Source: Candidatus Aminicenantes bacterium (GTDB lineage Bacteria; Acidobacteriota; Aminicenantia; Aminicenantales; CALLJL01). Taken from it: a stretch of DNA of 64,000 bases. Location of the stretch: the NCBI GenBank assembly GCA_026416195.1, contig JAOAFQ010000098.1, positions 7,931 through 71,930 of the forward strand, given 5' to 3'. The translations under genes and the position numbers were made by a program. The notes below the pieces were generated by a model. That model searched no databases. It was given only the letters and a program-made list of their open reading frames with translations, and was not told where the DNA came from. Positions 29,287 to 39,237 of this stretch are shown piece by piece (position 1 is the first letter of the stretch; each line of letters starts with the position of its first letter).

Positions 29287-30348
29287 ATGGCCCTCAAGAA
29301 AAATAATTGGGCTCGGATTTACCTTTTTCACGGCGAAGAACCTTTTTTAGCTGAATTAAGAATTGAAGACATCCGGCGGTCTTATTTACCTGAGGAGCAA
29401 CCTGGCTCATTTCTTCGCTATTCCCTTGACGAAACTAATTGGCTGGAAATTATTGAGGCTCTTAGGACCGGTGATCTCTTTCATCGAGAGCGAAAACTTG
29501 TTCTTCTTAAGATTCCCAAGGGCATGGAAAACACTTTGGAAGACGAAGAAGAAAGATTATGGCGGGATTATTTCACTTCACCTCGCCCAGAAATTCTTTT
29601 AATTATCCATTATGCTGGCAAGCTAGATAAAAACAGTAAGTTATATCGTTTATTTCAGTTAGGGAAATCGGCCTATGGGCAAGAGGAGGAATTTAAAGAA
29701 TTAAAAGGTAAAGAGATTGAAAATTGGATTAAAGTTCAGTTGAGAAAAGAGGGCAAAGAAATCTCAGAGGCAGCTGTCCAGGCTCTCCTTGAAGCTATTG
29801 GAAATGACCTCAGAGGGTTGGCTAAAGAAATTGAAAAGCTTTGTCTTTACTCCTCAAAGGCAAAGAAGATTGAACTTGAAGATGTGGTAGTTCTTTGTTC
29901 ATCGGTTCGTAGTCTTAAAGAATATGAATTGATTGAGAGTTTGGAGATAGGCAAAGCCTCAAGGGCCTTTCAGGTGCTGGCAAAGCTCCTTGATGAGACA
30001 AGTGAGCCTGAAATAATTATTGGCGCTTTAACTCAATATTTTAAAGATCTTTTGCTAGCTCGAGAATGGCTCGAAAAAGGTCAAGATGAAAGAAAAGTTT
30101 TCAGCCAGCTTAGGCCGTGGATCAAGGAGTCTTTCGGTTCCTTTTATCGCGCAAAAAAGGAGCAATTCATTCGAGCTGTTTTCGCCTTAAGTGAAGATGA
30201 ATTAAGACAAGCAATTATTAAGCTTCATTCCCTTGACCAAGCTTTTAAAAGTGGGGCAGGGGAAAGGTCAAAGAGAATTATGTTTGAAGAATTTCTTTTT
30301 TGGTATTTTGAACGAAGGAGGAAAAAGAATTCAGTTAATTTTAACTGA
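29287..30348 (+). CDS. holA: DNA polymerase III delta subunit
   Basis: N-terminus (IYLFHGEEPFL), size and position after leuS-lptE match holA. Confidence 0.8.
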   Translation: MALKKNNWARIYLFHGEEPFLAELRIEDIRRSYLPEEQPGSFLRYSLDETNWLEIIEALRTGDLFHRERKLVLLKIPKGMENTLEDEEERLWRDYFTSPRPEILLIIHYAGKLDKNSKLYRLFQLGKSAYGQEEEFKELKGKEIENWIKVQLRKEGKEISEAAVQALLEAIGNDLRGLAKEIEKLCLYSSKAKKIELEDVVVLCSSVRSLKEYELIESLEIGKASRAFQVLAKLLDETSEPEIIIGALTQYFKDLLLAREWLEKGQDERKVFSQLRPWIKESFGSFYRAKKEQFIRAVFALSEDELRQAIIKLHSLDQAFKSGAGERSKRIMFEEFLFWYFERRRKKNSVNFN

Positions 30349-30616
30349 ACTGAGAAGCCAATCGAGCTACTTGTTGGCTCAGACGAGATTTATAACGAGA
30401 ACCTTTATTTTCGTGAATCGTTCCCTTTTTAACACATTTGTCAATGATGGAAAATGTTTTGGGCAAGAGCTGCCGAGCCAAGTCAAGATTTTTTTCTTTA
30501 ATTGCTTGTCGCAGCTTCTTAATCTGGGTTCTTAAAATGGATTTATTACGTCGATTGATCGCATTACGCCGCAAACTGCGCCGCCACTGTCTCATTGCTG
30601 ATTTGTGCCTGGCCAT
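30341..30616 (-). CDS. rpsT: 30S ribosomal protein bS20
   Basis: MARHKSAMRQWRRSLRRNAINRRNKS... basic 91-aa protein with the S20 signature. Confidence 0.9.
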   Translation of the reverse strand: MARHKSAMRQWRRSLRRNAINRRNKSILRTQIKKLRQAIKEKNLDLARQLLPKTFSIIDKCVKKGTIHENKGSRYKSRLSQQVARLASQFS

Positions 30617-30697
30617 TTCTTACCTCTTTAAGCCTTTAATATAGGCAAAAATAAAAAATAAGTCAAATTTTAAAGGCTCGACTTAAGGAGGTGTTCT

Positions 30698-31153
30698 TTG
30701 AAGGTGGTTCTCCAGAGAGTCAAGATGGCTAAAGTAGAGGTTAGAGGGGAAGAGGTTAGTCGGATTGAGCGCGGCTTATGTTTACTTGTTGGCCTAGAAA
30801 AGGGGGATACTGAGAAAGAAGTCGAAGCGCTAGCTCGGAAAGTGGTCGAACTTAGGATATTTCCAGATGAAGAAGGCAAAATGAACCTTTCCCTAGCTCA
30901 AATTGGAGGCGAAATTTTAGCTATCTCTCAATTTACCTTGGCTGGCTCAACCAAGAGAGGCCGTCGCCCCAGTTTTGATCGAGCCGAAGAGCCGCGCCGG
31001 GCTGAAGCCCTTTTCAATTATTTTGTTGATCAAATGAGACAAGCAGGCTTTAGAGTGAAAACAGGCATCTTTGGGGCTATAATGGATGTTTATCTCATTA
31101 ATGACGGGCCAGTTACTTTTATTTTAGAAAGTCAGTCTGAAGGGGAAAAATAA
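30698..31153 (+). CDS. dtd: D-aminoacyl-tRNA deacylase
   Basis: MKVVLQRVKMAKVEV...CLLVGLEKGDTEKE...SQFTLAG, 151 aa; matches Dtd along the full length. Confidence 0.9.
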   Translation: MKVVLQRVKMAKVEVRGEEVSRIERGLCLLVGLEKGDTEKEVEALARKVVELRIFPDEEGKMNLSLAQIGGEILAISQFTLAGSTKRGRRPSFDRAEEPRRAEALFNYFVDQMRQAGFRVKTGIFGAIMDVYLINDGPVTFILESQSEGEK

Positions 31154-31164
31154 AAGAGGGATAA

Positions 31165-31689
31165 TCAGGTAAAACGGAGGCGACTTATCTGACGCATGGC
31201 TTCTTCAGCGGCTAGCCTAACATAACGGCTTGAATCTCTTAACAGTTTAACTAATAAAGGAACACCTTCTTTCGCCCCAATCTGGCCAAGACAAATAGCC
31301 AAGTGGCGCCTAACTTCAATATTGGGATCATCGAGGATCTTAACTAACTTTTCAATAGCCCGCCTTTCCTTTTTTAAACCTAATATTTTGAGGACTGCCA
31401 CTTTGACGAACCAAGGTTGATTTTTCAGTCTAAGGGAAAGGTCTTCGTAGGCTAGATCGTCTCTATTGATCAGTTGGTTAATAATTTTTTCCCTAACTCC
31501 CTCTGATGGGTCAGCTAAAGCTTCTAATAGAATAGGCAAGACCCAAGGCTCCCTTATTTTAGCTATAGCCATAAGCATTTTGGTTCTAAGTTCTTTATTT
31601 TGAGTGGCCTTAATTTTGGCGAGGATATGGGCCATGACTCCTGGAGGCAGATTCTTTTTTCCTTTAACCTCAAGCATTAAATTTGACAT
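31165..31689 (-). CDS. HEAT-repeat (PBS-lyase-like) protein
   Basis: Repeated VRxxAxxALGxIG-type HEAT units (EVRRHLAICLGQIGAKEGVPLLVKLLRD...). Confidence 0.55.
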   Translation of the reverse strand: MSNLMLEVKGKKNLPPGVMAHILAKIKATQNKELRTKMLMAIAKIREPWVLPILLEALADPSEGVREKIINQLINRDDLAYEDLSLRLKNQPWFVKVAVLKILGLKKERRAIEKLVKILDDPNIEVRRHLAICLGQIGAKEGVPLLVKLLRDSSRYVRLAAEEAMRQISRLRFT

Positions 31690-31736
31690 TATTGAGCCAG
31701 CTAATGTCAGTTCAGGGATTAGCTGGCTGCCTGAAA

Positions 31737-32954
31737 TTAAACCATCTCTAAAAGATGGCCCATTTTATTCTTTTTTGCTTTAAGATACTGACGGTTGACT
31801 TCGTTGGGCGGGACTTCAATAGGCACTCTTTCAACAATCTCGAGACCATAGCCGGCTAGACCAATAAACTTTCTGGGGTTGTTTGTCAGGAGCCTGATTT
31901 TTTTGATTCCGAGGGCGACCAAAATTTGGGCGCCAATTCCATAATCCCGATGATCGGGTTTAAAACCAAGGCGCCTGTTGGCTTCAACTGTATCCAGTCC
32001 TTTATCTTGAAGGGCATACGCTCGAATTTTATTGGTCAAACCTATTCCCCGGCCCTCATGGTTTAGCATGTAGAGAATAACACCCCGTCCTTCCTTTTCA
32101 ATAATGGCCATAGCTTGATGAAGTTGTCGACCACAATCGCAGCGGAGCGAACCAAAGGTATCACCAGTCAGACACTGAGAATGAGCCCGGACAAGGACTG
32201 GCTCGTCTCGTTTAATCTCACCCTTAACTAAAGCCACATGATGCTCATGGTGAATGATATCTTCGAAAACAACGATACGAAAATGGCCAAATTCAGTGGG
32301 CATATCAGCCTCGTCTATTTTTCGAACTAAACATTCATGTTGAAGACGATATTTAATCAGGTCAGCAATAGTGACAATGGGGATTCGATGACGGCGGCTG
32401 AATTCCTCAAGTTGAGGAAGGCGGGCCATGCTCCCATCATCATTGAGAATTTCACAAATTACCCCAGCTGGCTTAAGCCCAGCTAGTCGGGCTAGATCAA
32501 CCGCGGCTTCGGTTTGGCCAGCGCGTTCTAAAACGCCTCCATCTTTGGCTTGAAGGGGGAAAATATGACCAGGTCGAACAAGATCCGAGGGTTTCGTTTT
32601 GGGATCGATAACTGTAAGGATAGTTTTAGCTCGGTCATAAGCTGAGATGCCGGTAGTTACCCCCTCTCTGGCATCAATAGATACCGTAAAGGCAGTCCCA
32701 AAGGGCGCAGTATTTTCTTGAACCATCAGATCTAGATCGAGTTCATTAGCTCTTTGCCGGGTTATGGGCAAGCAAATTAGGCCTCGGCCATATTTGGTCA
32801 TAAAATTGATTATTTCTGGGCTGACTTTTTCAGCTGCTACCATCAAATCTCCTTCATTTTCTCGATCTTCATCATCTACAATAATGATTAAATGACCAGC
32901 TCGAACATGTTCAATGGCTTCCTCGATGGAAATAATGCCTACTTTAGATTCCAT
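31737..32954 (-). CDS. ribBA: Bifunctional 3,4-dihydroxy-2-butanone-4-phosphate synthase / GTP cyclohydrolase II
   Basis: DHBP synthase N-half ([12 protein letters not shown]) and GCHII C-half (CDCGRQL zinc site), 405 aa. Confidence 0.95.
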   Translation of the reverse strand: MESKVGIISIEEAIEHVRAGHLIIIVDDEDRENEGDLMVAAEKVSPEIINFMTKYGRGLICLPITRQRANELDLDLMVQENTAPFGTAFTVSIDAREGVTTGISAYDRAKTILTVIDPKTKPSDLVRPGHIFPLQAKDGGVLERAGQTEAAVDLARLAGLKPAGVICEILNDDGSMARLPQLEEFSRRHRIPIVTIADLIKYRLQHECLVRKIDEADMPTEFGHFRIVVFEDIIHHEHHVALVKGEIKRDEPVLVRAHSQCLTGDTFGSLRCDCGRQLHQAMAIIEKEGRGVILYMLNHEGRGIGLTNKIRAYALQDKGLDTVEANRRLGFKPDHRDYGIGAQILVALGIKKIRLLTNNPRKFIGLAGYGLEIVERVPIEVPPNEVNRQYLKAKKNKMGHLLEMV

Positions 32955-32982
32955 TAATTACCCCACTCAAGAAAAATTCGTT

Positions 32983-33573
32983 TTATTTAGCTCTTTTAGA
33001 TAAATAATTATACACGTATTTGCCGATGATGTCACCTTCGAGATTGACCTTTTTTCCAGGCTTAAGAAGGCCAAGATTAGTTTTTTTCAAGGTAAGGGGA
33101 ATTAATTCTACCTCAAAATGATCCCAGCCGAGCGAAGCTACGGTTAGACTGACCCCATTTACGGCAATTGAACCTTTAGGCACCAAGTTATGGCGAAAAT
33201 CTTCAGGAAAAGAGATCAACATTCTTTTTCCTTGGCCTTTAGGTTGAATTCGAAGAACAGTCCCGACGGCATCTACATGGCCGGTAACCAGATGACCACC
33301 AAGAGGTGTTTGTAAAGTTAGAGGAAGCTCAAGATTAACCTTTTCGCCTGGTCTAAGCTCGCCCAAGTTAGTTCTATCCAAGGTTTCCCGTGAAAGGTGA
33401 AAGGTGAGCTCTGCCCCATCTTTTCTCTCAAGGGAAAGACAAACCCCATTGACAGCAAGACTTTCACCGGGTTGCAAAGGCCCGGGTAAATCAGAAACTT
33501 GAATAATTAGCTTTTGGTGGTTTTGTCGATAGCCACGAAAGGTGCCGAGGTAATGAATTATTCCGGTGAACAT
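32983..33573 (-). CDS. ribE: Riboflavin synthase (alpha subunit)
   Basis: MFTGII N-terminus, two lumazine-binding repeats (VNGVCLS / VNGVSLT). Confidence 0.9.
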   Translation of the reverse strand: MFTGIIHYLGTFRGYRQNHQKLIIQVSDLPGPLQPGESLAVNGVCLSLERKDGAELTFHLSRETLDRTNLGELRPGEKVNLELPLTLQTPLGGHLVTGHVDAVGTVLRIQPKGQGKRMLISFPEDFRHNLVPKGSIAVNGVSLTVASLGWDHFEVELIPLTLKKTNLGLLKPGKKVNLEGDIIGKYVYNYLSKRAK

Positions 33574-34682
33574 TAAAAATAGCCCTCTAAGATGATATCT
33601 GGCCCAAGCCAGAATGTTCGATAATGACGGAGTTTTAAGCGGTTCTCAATCGAAGGAAAACCGTGGCCTTTAAAAAGCGACGTCGCCCGCTCGCCGCCGA
33701 GAAAACAAGGAGCTATATGGAGATAAATCTTATCAGCCAAATTTTGCTCAAAAAAACTCGTTAATACTTGGCCTCCACCTTCAACTAATATACTAGCGAT
33801 TCCCAGTTGGCCTAATTCTTCGAGCACTTGCTCTAAATTGAGCCAGCGGCCATCGTGGCTGACTTTTATTATTTTTACCCCTTTTTTTTCGAGAAGCTTT
33901 TGTTTTCTACTAGAAGCTTGATTAGAGGAAAAGACGATTATCGGACCTTGATCCAAGGTATTAAGGAGGCGAGAATTTAGAGGTAGTCTAAGCTGGCTGT
34001 CAAGAATAACTCGGGTGAGATGTTTTTTTGGCCAGAGGGGATGGCGAACAGTTAACCTAGGGTTATCTTTAAGAATGGTGTTAATGCCAACAAGGAGAGC
34101 ATCGACCTCTCCCCGAAGCAAATGGACATAATCTCTAGCCAGAGGCCCAGTAAGCCACTTAGAAGAGCCATCAACCGCAGCGATTTTAGCATCAAGAGAA
34201 AGAGCGGCCTTGAGGATAACCCAAGGTCGGCCATGCCGAACAAATTTAAAATAGGCTTCGTTTAATTTTTCATTTATCTCTTTTAAGCAGCCTAAGTCCA
34301 CCTCAATTCCCTTTTCTCTTAATCTTTCCACTCCTTTTTTATAGACAATTGGATTAGGATCAAGCGAGGAAATAACTACTCTTTTTGGTCGAAAGCGGAG
34401 CACTGTCTCAACGCAGGGCGGGGTTCGCCCCCAATGGACGCAGGGTTCTAAGGTAACATAGAGAGTACTATCTCTTGACTTTTCGCCGGCCATTTCCAGA
34501 GCCACCACTTCAGCATGAGGCTTTCCTGGTTGCTCATGGTAGCCATAGCCGATAATCTTATTACCTTTAACTACGACGGCCCCTACATAAGGGTTAGGGC
34601 TGGCCCAACCTCTAGCTCTAGCCGCTAGAGAATAGGCCATCTGCATATAGCCTCGATCAATGATTTCCTGTGTTTTTATCAT
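33573..34682 (-). CDS. ribD: Bifunctional diaminohydroxyphosphoribosylaminopyrimidine deaminase / 5-amino-6-(5-phosphoribosylamino)uracil reductase
   Basis: HAEVVAL...PCVHWGRTPPC deaminase zinc motif plus C-terminal reductase domain. Confidence 0.9.
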   Translation of the reverse strand: MIKTQEIIDRGYMQMAYSLAARARGWASPNPYVGAVVVKGNKIIGYGYHEQPGKPHAEVVALEMAGEKSRDSTLYVTLEPCVHWGRTPPCVETVLRFRPKRVVISSLDPNPIVYKKGVERLREKGIEVDLGCLKEINEKLNEAYFKFVRHGRPWVILKAALSLDAKIAAVDGSSKWLTGPLARDYVHLLRGEVDALLVGINTILKDNPRLTVRHPLWPKKHLTRVILDSQLRLPLNSRLLNTLDQGPIIVFSSNQASSRKQKLLEKKGVKIIKVSHDGRWLNLEQVLEELGQLGIASILVEGGGQVLTSFFEQNLADKIYLHIAPCFLGGERATSLFKGHGFPSIENRLKLRHYRTFWLGPDIILEGYF

Positions 34683-35581
34683 GAAAGGAGGGCATTTATA
34701 AAATCTTGAGGCGAAAAGAGAAGCATATCCGACTCGCTCTCACCAATACCCAGGAACTTAATAGGCAGATTGAGCTCAGCTGCAATCGCAAGAGCTGCAC
34801 CACCTTTTGCTGTACCATCAAGCTTGGATAGGAAGATACCGGTTAACCCAGAAAATTTAAGAAATTCCCTGGCCTGAGAAAGAGCGTTTTGGCCAATGCT
34901 TGCATCAAGAACCAAAAGGACTTCGTGAGGGGCGCCGTTTATTTCTCGGCTAATTACCCGCTTTATCTTCTCAAGTTCAGCCATTAAATTGGAATTAGTA
35001 TGAATACGCCCGGCTGTATCAATGAGTAAAGCTTCGCCTTTTCTAGCCTTGAGGGCTTGAAGAGCGTCATAAACGACGGCGGCCGGGTCCGCTCCATACT
35101 GACCTCGAATGAGAGGCAAATCGAGTTTACGGCTCCAGATCTGGAGTTGTTCCTGAGCTGCGGCTCGGAAAGTATCAGCCGCCACGAGCATAACCTGCTT
35201 TCCCTGTTTTTTTAAATAATAGGCTAGTTTTGCCAATGAAGTGGTTTTTCCTCCACCGTTGACCCCAACCAGCATGATGACCACCGGGACGCAGTTGAAA
35301 TTGAGCGGAGGAGGATTTTTGCCGAGTAGGGCCAACAGCTCTTGTTTTAAAGCCTGCTCTAGATTCAAAGAAGAATCTTCTTTTATTCTTCTTCTGAGGG
35401 AAGCTATAATTTTTTCAGTCGTAGCTACCCCAACATCGGCCAGAATGAGAGCTTCCGCTAATTCATCCAGGGCCTTTTCTTTCGAAACAGTTTTGCTGCC
35501 AAAAAGTTGGATTTTTTCCTTAAGGATCTGACGCGTTCGGTAAAGTTTAGCTTGTAGCTGCGAAAATACCATTTTTTTCAT
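34679..35581 (-). CDS. ftsY: Signal recognition particle receptor FtsY (short form without A domain)
   Basis: N domain plus G domain (VIMLVGVNGGGKTTSLAKLA, DTAGR). 4-nt overlap with ribD. Confidence 0.9.
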   Translation of the reverse strand: MKKMVFSQLQAKLYRTRQILKEKIQLFGSKTVSKEKALDELAEALILADVGVATTEKIIASLRRRIKEDSSLNLEQALKQELLALLGKNPPPLNFNCVPVVIMLVGVNGGGKTTSLAKLAYYLKKQGKQVMLVAADTFRAAAQEQLQIWSRKLDLPLIRGQYGADPAAVVYDALQALKARKGEALLIDTAGRIHTNSNLMAELEKIKRVISREINGAPHEVLLVLDASIGQNALSQAREFLKFSGLTGIFLSKLDGTAKGGAALAIAAELNLPIKFLGIGESESDMLLFSPQDFINALLS

Positions 35582-35662
35582 TATAAATTTGGCCTAAGGC
35601 CAAGTCAACGCAGTTATCTGATCTCAATTGAGCCTTGCCTCTTTTTTTTGTACTATGAAGCC

Positions 35663-37366
35663 ATGCATGGATTTAGAGCTCATTGGCGAATGGCCCCCCT
35701 TTCTGAAAGTTCAGTCCTTTTAAGCAAAAAGCTTGGCCTTTGCCGACCGATTGCTCAGATCTTAGCTAATCGAGGTTTACATAAAATTGAGGAAGTCGAA
35801 CTTTTTCTTTGGGGCTCATGGCTGGATGGTCCTTCCCCCTTCCTTTTTAAGGATATGGAGCTTTGTTTAGAAAGAATTGAAAGAGCTTTAGCCAAAAAAG
35901 AAAAAATTTTTATTTTTGGTGATTACGATGCTGATGGTATTCTGGCCTTAGTTATGTTATATCAAACGCTAAGCCAACTTGGCGCTTGGGTTGATTATTA
36001 TGTTCCTGATAGACTTAGTGAGGGTTATGGAATTAAAGGTAAACATCTTGAATTAATTAAAGGGAAAGGAGCGAGTTTAGTTATTACCGTAGATTGTGGC
36101 ATAAAAGCTAATGAATTTGTTCGTTTGGCCAAAGAAGCTAAAATCGATGTTATTATTACTGATCATCACCAGCCTGGGGGACAAACTCCAGAAGCTTTGG
36201 CTATCCTTAACCCTCACCTTCCCGACTCTGGCTATCCCTTTCCTCACCTCACTGCCGTCGGCGTCGCTTTCAAATTGATTCAAGCTTTATTGATCCGAAA
36301 AAAAAGAGAATCACTTCTCCCTCATTATCTTAAGCTCGTGGCCATCGGCACTATTACTGATATGGCTCCCCTTATAGGCGAAAATCGCCTCCTTGTTCGC
36401 CATGGACTGAGAACCATTTCGGAGGTCCGAAATCATGGGTTAAAAAAATTGCTGGAGAGCTGTGGGCTTCATGGGGATAGAATCACCGAGGGTGATGTAA
36501 GCTTTCGACTAGGTCCGCGGATTAACGCGGCTGGCCGAATGGCCTCAGCTGACTTAGCGGTTAAACTTTTGCTTTCCGAATCTGAGGAAGAAGCCTCTCA
36601 TCATTCACAGAAGTTGACTCAGCTCAATAACGTTCGACAACAAGTTGAAGAGAGAATTCTAAATCAAGCTTTGACCAGAATAATCACTCGCCATTGGTCG
36701 ACTAAATACAAAATTATTATTGCTGGTTGCGAAGAATGGTCCCGAGGAATTATTGGTATTGTGGCTAATCGTCTCAAAGAGCAATTTTGTCGTCCTGTAA
36801 TTCTCTTAGCTTATGAAAATGAGTATGCCTATGGTTCCGGCCGTAGCATTGATTCTTTTTCTCTCATCGAAGCTTTACAGTCTTGTTATGATCTTTTTGA
36901 AGACTTTGGCGGTCATCATCATGCGGCTGGCTGTGTTCTTCGAAGAGAACGTATGGCTGAATTAAAAAGAAGATTAAATACTTTTGCTTCTTCCCGACTG
37001 AAAGATGAAGATTTAAAACCCACCTTGGTATTTGATTGCCCTCTCAGATTTGCCGAAATTAATCGCTCCCTTCTTCAGAGTTATCAGCTTTTACCCCCTT
37101 TTGGACCAGGTAATCCCCGGCCAATTTTTCTTTTTTCTGGAGTCAAAGTTAAATCCAAAGCCAAACTTCATATCAATAATTTGGTAAAATTAAAAATGGA
37201 ACAGGATAGCCATGTCTTTGAAGTTATGGGCACTTTTTCACCCCAGGAATTAGCTTGCTTTAACGAGGGAACAAGGTTAGATGTAGTGGCCTCCCTTCAC
37301 TTTGTCGGTCCAGGGGAAGAGGATAATTTTATTTTTTCGGTCGAGGATTGGGCTAAACCTAGATAG
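35663..37366 (+). CDS. recJ: Single-stranded-DNA-specific exonuclease RecJ
   Basis: DHH motifs (FIFGDYDADGILA, ITDHHQPG) and DHHA1 domain (FGGHHHAAG). First in-frame ATG used; the track ORF starts at TTG 35648. Confidence 0.9.
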   Translation: MHGFRAHWRMAPLSESSVLLSKKLGLCRPIAQILANRGLHKIEEVELFLWGSWLDGPSPFLFKDMELCLERIERALAKKEKIFIFGDYDADGILALVMLYQTLSQLGAWVDYYVPDRLSEGYGIKGKHLELIKGKGASLVITVDCGIKANEFVRLAKEAKIDVIITDHHQPGGQTPEALAILNPHLPDSGYPFPHLTAVGVAFKLIQALLIRKKRESLLPHYLKLVAIGTITDMAPLIGENRLLVRHGLRTISEVRNHGLKKLLESCGLHGDRITEGDVSFRLGPRINAAGRMASADLAVKLLLSESEEEASHHSQKLTQLNNVRQQVEERILNQALTRIITRHWSTKYKIIIAGCEEWSRGIIGIVANRLKEQFCRPVILLAYENEYAYGSGRSIDSFSLIEALQSCYDLFEDFGGHHHAAGCVLRRERMAELKRRLNTFASSRLKDEDLKPTLVFDCPLRFAEINRSLLQSYQLLPPFGPGNPRPIFLFSGVKVKSKAKLHINNLVKLKMEQDSHVFEVMGTFSPQELACFNEGTRLDVVASLHFVGPGEEDNFIFSVEDWAKPR

Positions 37367-37371
37367 ATTAA

Positions 37372-39237
37372 ATGGCTCGGGCGAAATATTTTCTATTTCT
37401 CTTTTTTCTTAAAGCTCTCTCTTTGGCTGTTTTTTTAATTATTCTTGGAGCCATTGGTTATTTTCTTCTCTTCTCCCCTGGAAGGAAGAGGCTTACGAGT
37501 CTGACCCCCTCACCTCCCCCATCAAGAGCTGAAAATCTTTTAATTGAACAGCAAATAGGCCTGAAATTTATTGAATTTAGAGGCGATCGAGGCCGAATTG
37601 AAATTAAAGCTCAACGGCATTTGGCGATGAAGGAGGGTCAATATCGCCTTGAAGGAGATGTGCTTATCCACGATTTTGGGCGGCGTCAAGGGCCTGAAGC
37701 TTGGATTAGTTGTCAACAAGCTCAGTATGATCAAGAGTGGAGTCAAGTTATTCTTTCAGGTGAAGTAAAAATGAGAAGACAAGGTTTAGAACTTGAGGCT
37801 GAAAAGTTATTTTATTACCGAGAGGCTGAGTTCATTGAAGCTCAAGGGGAAGTAAAAATAAAATTTAAAAAAATCAGTGGTCAAGCCGACAAGCTTGTCT
37901 ATTTTTTAAAAGAAGAAAAACTGCAACTAAGCCAAGACGTTAAAATTGAAGTTAAAACCTCAGACCCCCCCCAGGCTCCTCTGATGATGGAAGGACAGTT
38001 TTTTACTTTGGCAAGAGGGAAATCATGGGGTCGCTTGGAGGGACAAGTTCGATTTCGGCAAGGAAGCAATTTTGGAGAAGCCAATTGGATTGAATTTCTT
38101 CTTTCTGAAGATGAACAATATTTGCGTCATCTAGAAATGGGGGATCAGATAAAAGGACAAATCAAGATAGATTCTGTGGATACCTTGCTTAAAGCTTCTT
38201 CCTTAAAAATCAGACCTTTTTATAATTCTAATCGAATTCATGCCCTTGAAGCTAAAGGGAACTGCCTGATGGAAATAATTAGAGATAAGGAAAAAATTTC
38301 TTTTGTCGGCGAAAATCTGAGCGTCGTTTTTGACCGATGGGGAGGCTTAAGGGAAATTAAGAGTGAAGATCAGGCTTCCTGGTTAAGAAAGGATCTGAAC
38401 TCAGGTGTTGAGCAAGAAGCGAGGGCCGAATTGATTAATTTTTTTGCTGGGAAAGAGCATCTTTTAATCAAGAGTCCAAAGGAAAAAAAGGCCTATTTAA
38501 GTCAACCTGGAGCTAAAATAAGTGCTACTGAAATGACCCTTAATGTCGGAACGCAAGATTTAGAAGCTCAGCAGGCTGTTCAGTTTATTATTAGCCCAGA
38601 ACAAAAGGAATTTGAGAGGAGAAATTGGCTCTTATCTACTGATAAGCCTATCTTTGGCTATAGTGAAATTTTTTATTTTTCGCTGGAAAAAAACTGGTTG
38701 CTTTTAGAAAAAGAGGCCAGGCTTTGGCAAGAAAGTCTTTCGCTTCAGGCTAATCAAATAATTTTATGTCCAGATTCTCGAGAACTTGAGGCCACAGATC
38801 AGGTTAAAATGATTGTTGTTAGGCGAGAAGAGAAGAGATTTAGCCAACCTCAGCAAGTGATTATGACTTCACCTAAGCTGAAATATTGGCCAGCTGAAAA
38901 TTGTCTGATTTTTGAAGGGCCGGCGGAAATGAAATGGGCCGATTTCCAGGTAAAAGCCCAAGCACTAGAAATTGACTTTAAGGGTGAAAGTGCTGAGATC
39001 GAAGAAGTCAAAACCAAAGGTGAAGTAAATGTAGTTAAAGGGATGACTAAGGCCAGCGCTCAAAGGGGTTATTATGACTGGGAAAAAGACGTTCTTATTT
39101 TGGAAGGTAGACCTGTTCTCGAGGATCCTGAAAAAGGAGTCATCAGGGGAGATAAATTGACATTTAATTTGGCCGAGGGTAGAATACTTGTGGAAAATCA
39201 GGGACGTGAGAGATCAATTTCTATTATTAAGAAATAA
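37372..39237 (+). CDS. LptC/LptA-like periplasmic LPS-transport bridge protein, oversized (621 aa), N-terminally membrane anchored
   Basis: N-terminal TM helix like LptC, followed by several OstA-type beta-jellyroll repeats (e.g. GDVLIHDFG, AEFIEAQGEVKIKFK, ADKLVYFLKEEKLQLSQDVKIEV). Sits immediately upstream of lptB, the position occupied by lptC and lptA in E. coli. Confidence 0.6.
   Translation: MARAKYFLFLFFLKALSLAVFLIILGAIGYFLLFSPGRKRLTSLTPSPPPSRAENLLIEQQIGLKFIEFRGDRGRIEIKAQRHLAMKEGQYRLEGDVLIHDFGRRQGPEAWISCQQAQYDQEWSQVILSGEVKMRRQGLELEAEKLFYYREAEFIEAQGEVKIKFKKISGQADKLVYFLKEEKLQLSQDVKIEVKTSDPPQAPLMMEGQFFTLARGKSWGRLEGQVRFRQGSNFGEANWIEFLLSEDEQYLRHLEMGDQIKGQIKIDSVDTLLKASSLKIRPFYNSNRIHALEAKGNCLMEIIRDKEKISFVGENLSVVFDRWGGLREIKSEDQASWLRKDLNSGVEQEARAELINFFAGKEHLLIKSPKEKKAYLSQPGAKISATEMTLNVGTQDLEAQQAVQFIISPEQKEFERRNWLLSTDKPIFGYSEIFYFSLEKNWLLLEKEARLWQESLSLQANQIILCPDSRELEATDQVKMIVVRREEKRFSQPQQVIMTSPKLKYWPAENCLIFEGPAEMKWADFQVKAQALEIDFKGESAEIEEVKTKGEVNVVKGMTKASAQRGYYDWEKDVLILEGRPVLEDPEKGVIRGDKLTFNLAEGRILVENQGRERSISIIKK

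Noticed and set aside
37961-37968. Homopolymeric C8 tract inside the LptC/A-like gene (and C7 at 2566-2572 in the rSAM gene, C7T6 at 15713-15725 in lpxK) as possible phase-variation switches.
   Set aside because: The tracts are short and sit in essential or housekeeping genes, encoding Pro-Pro. There is no evidence of frame-shifted alternative ORFs. Most likely neutral.
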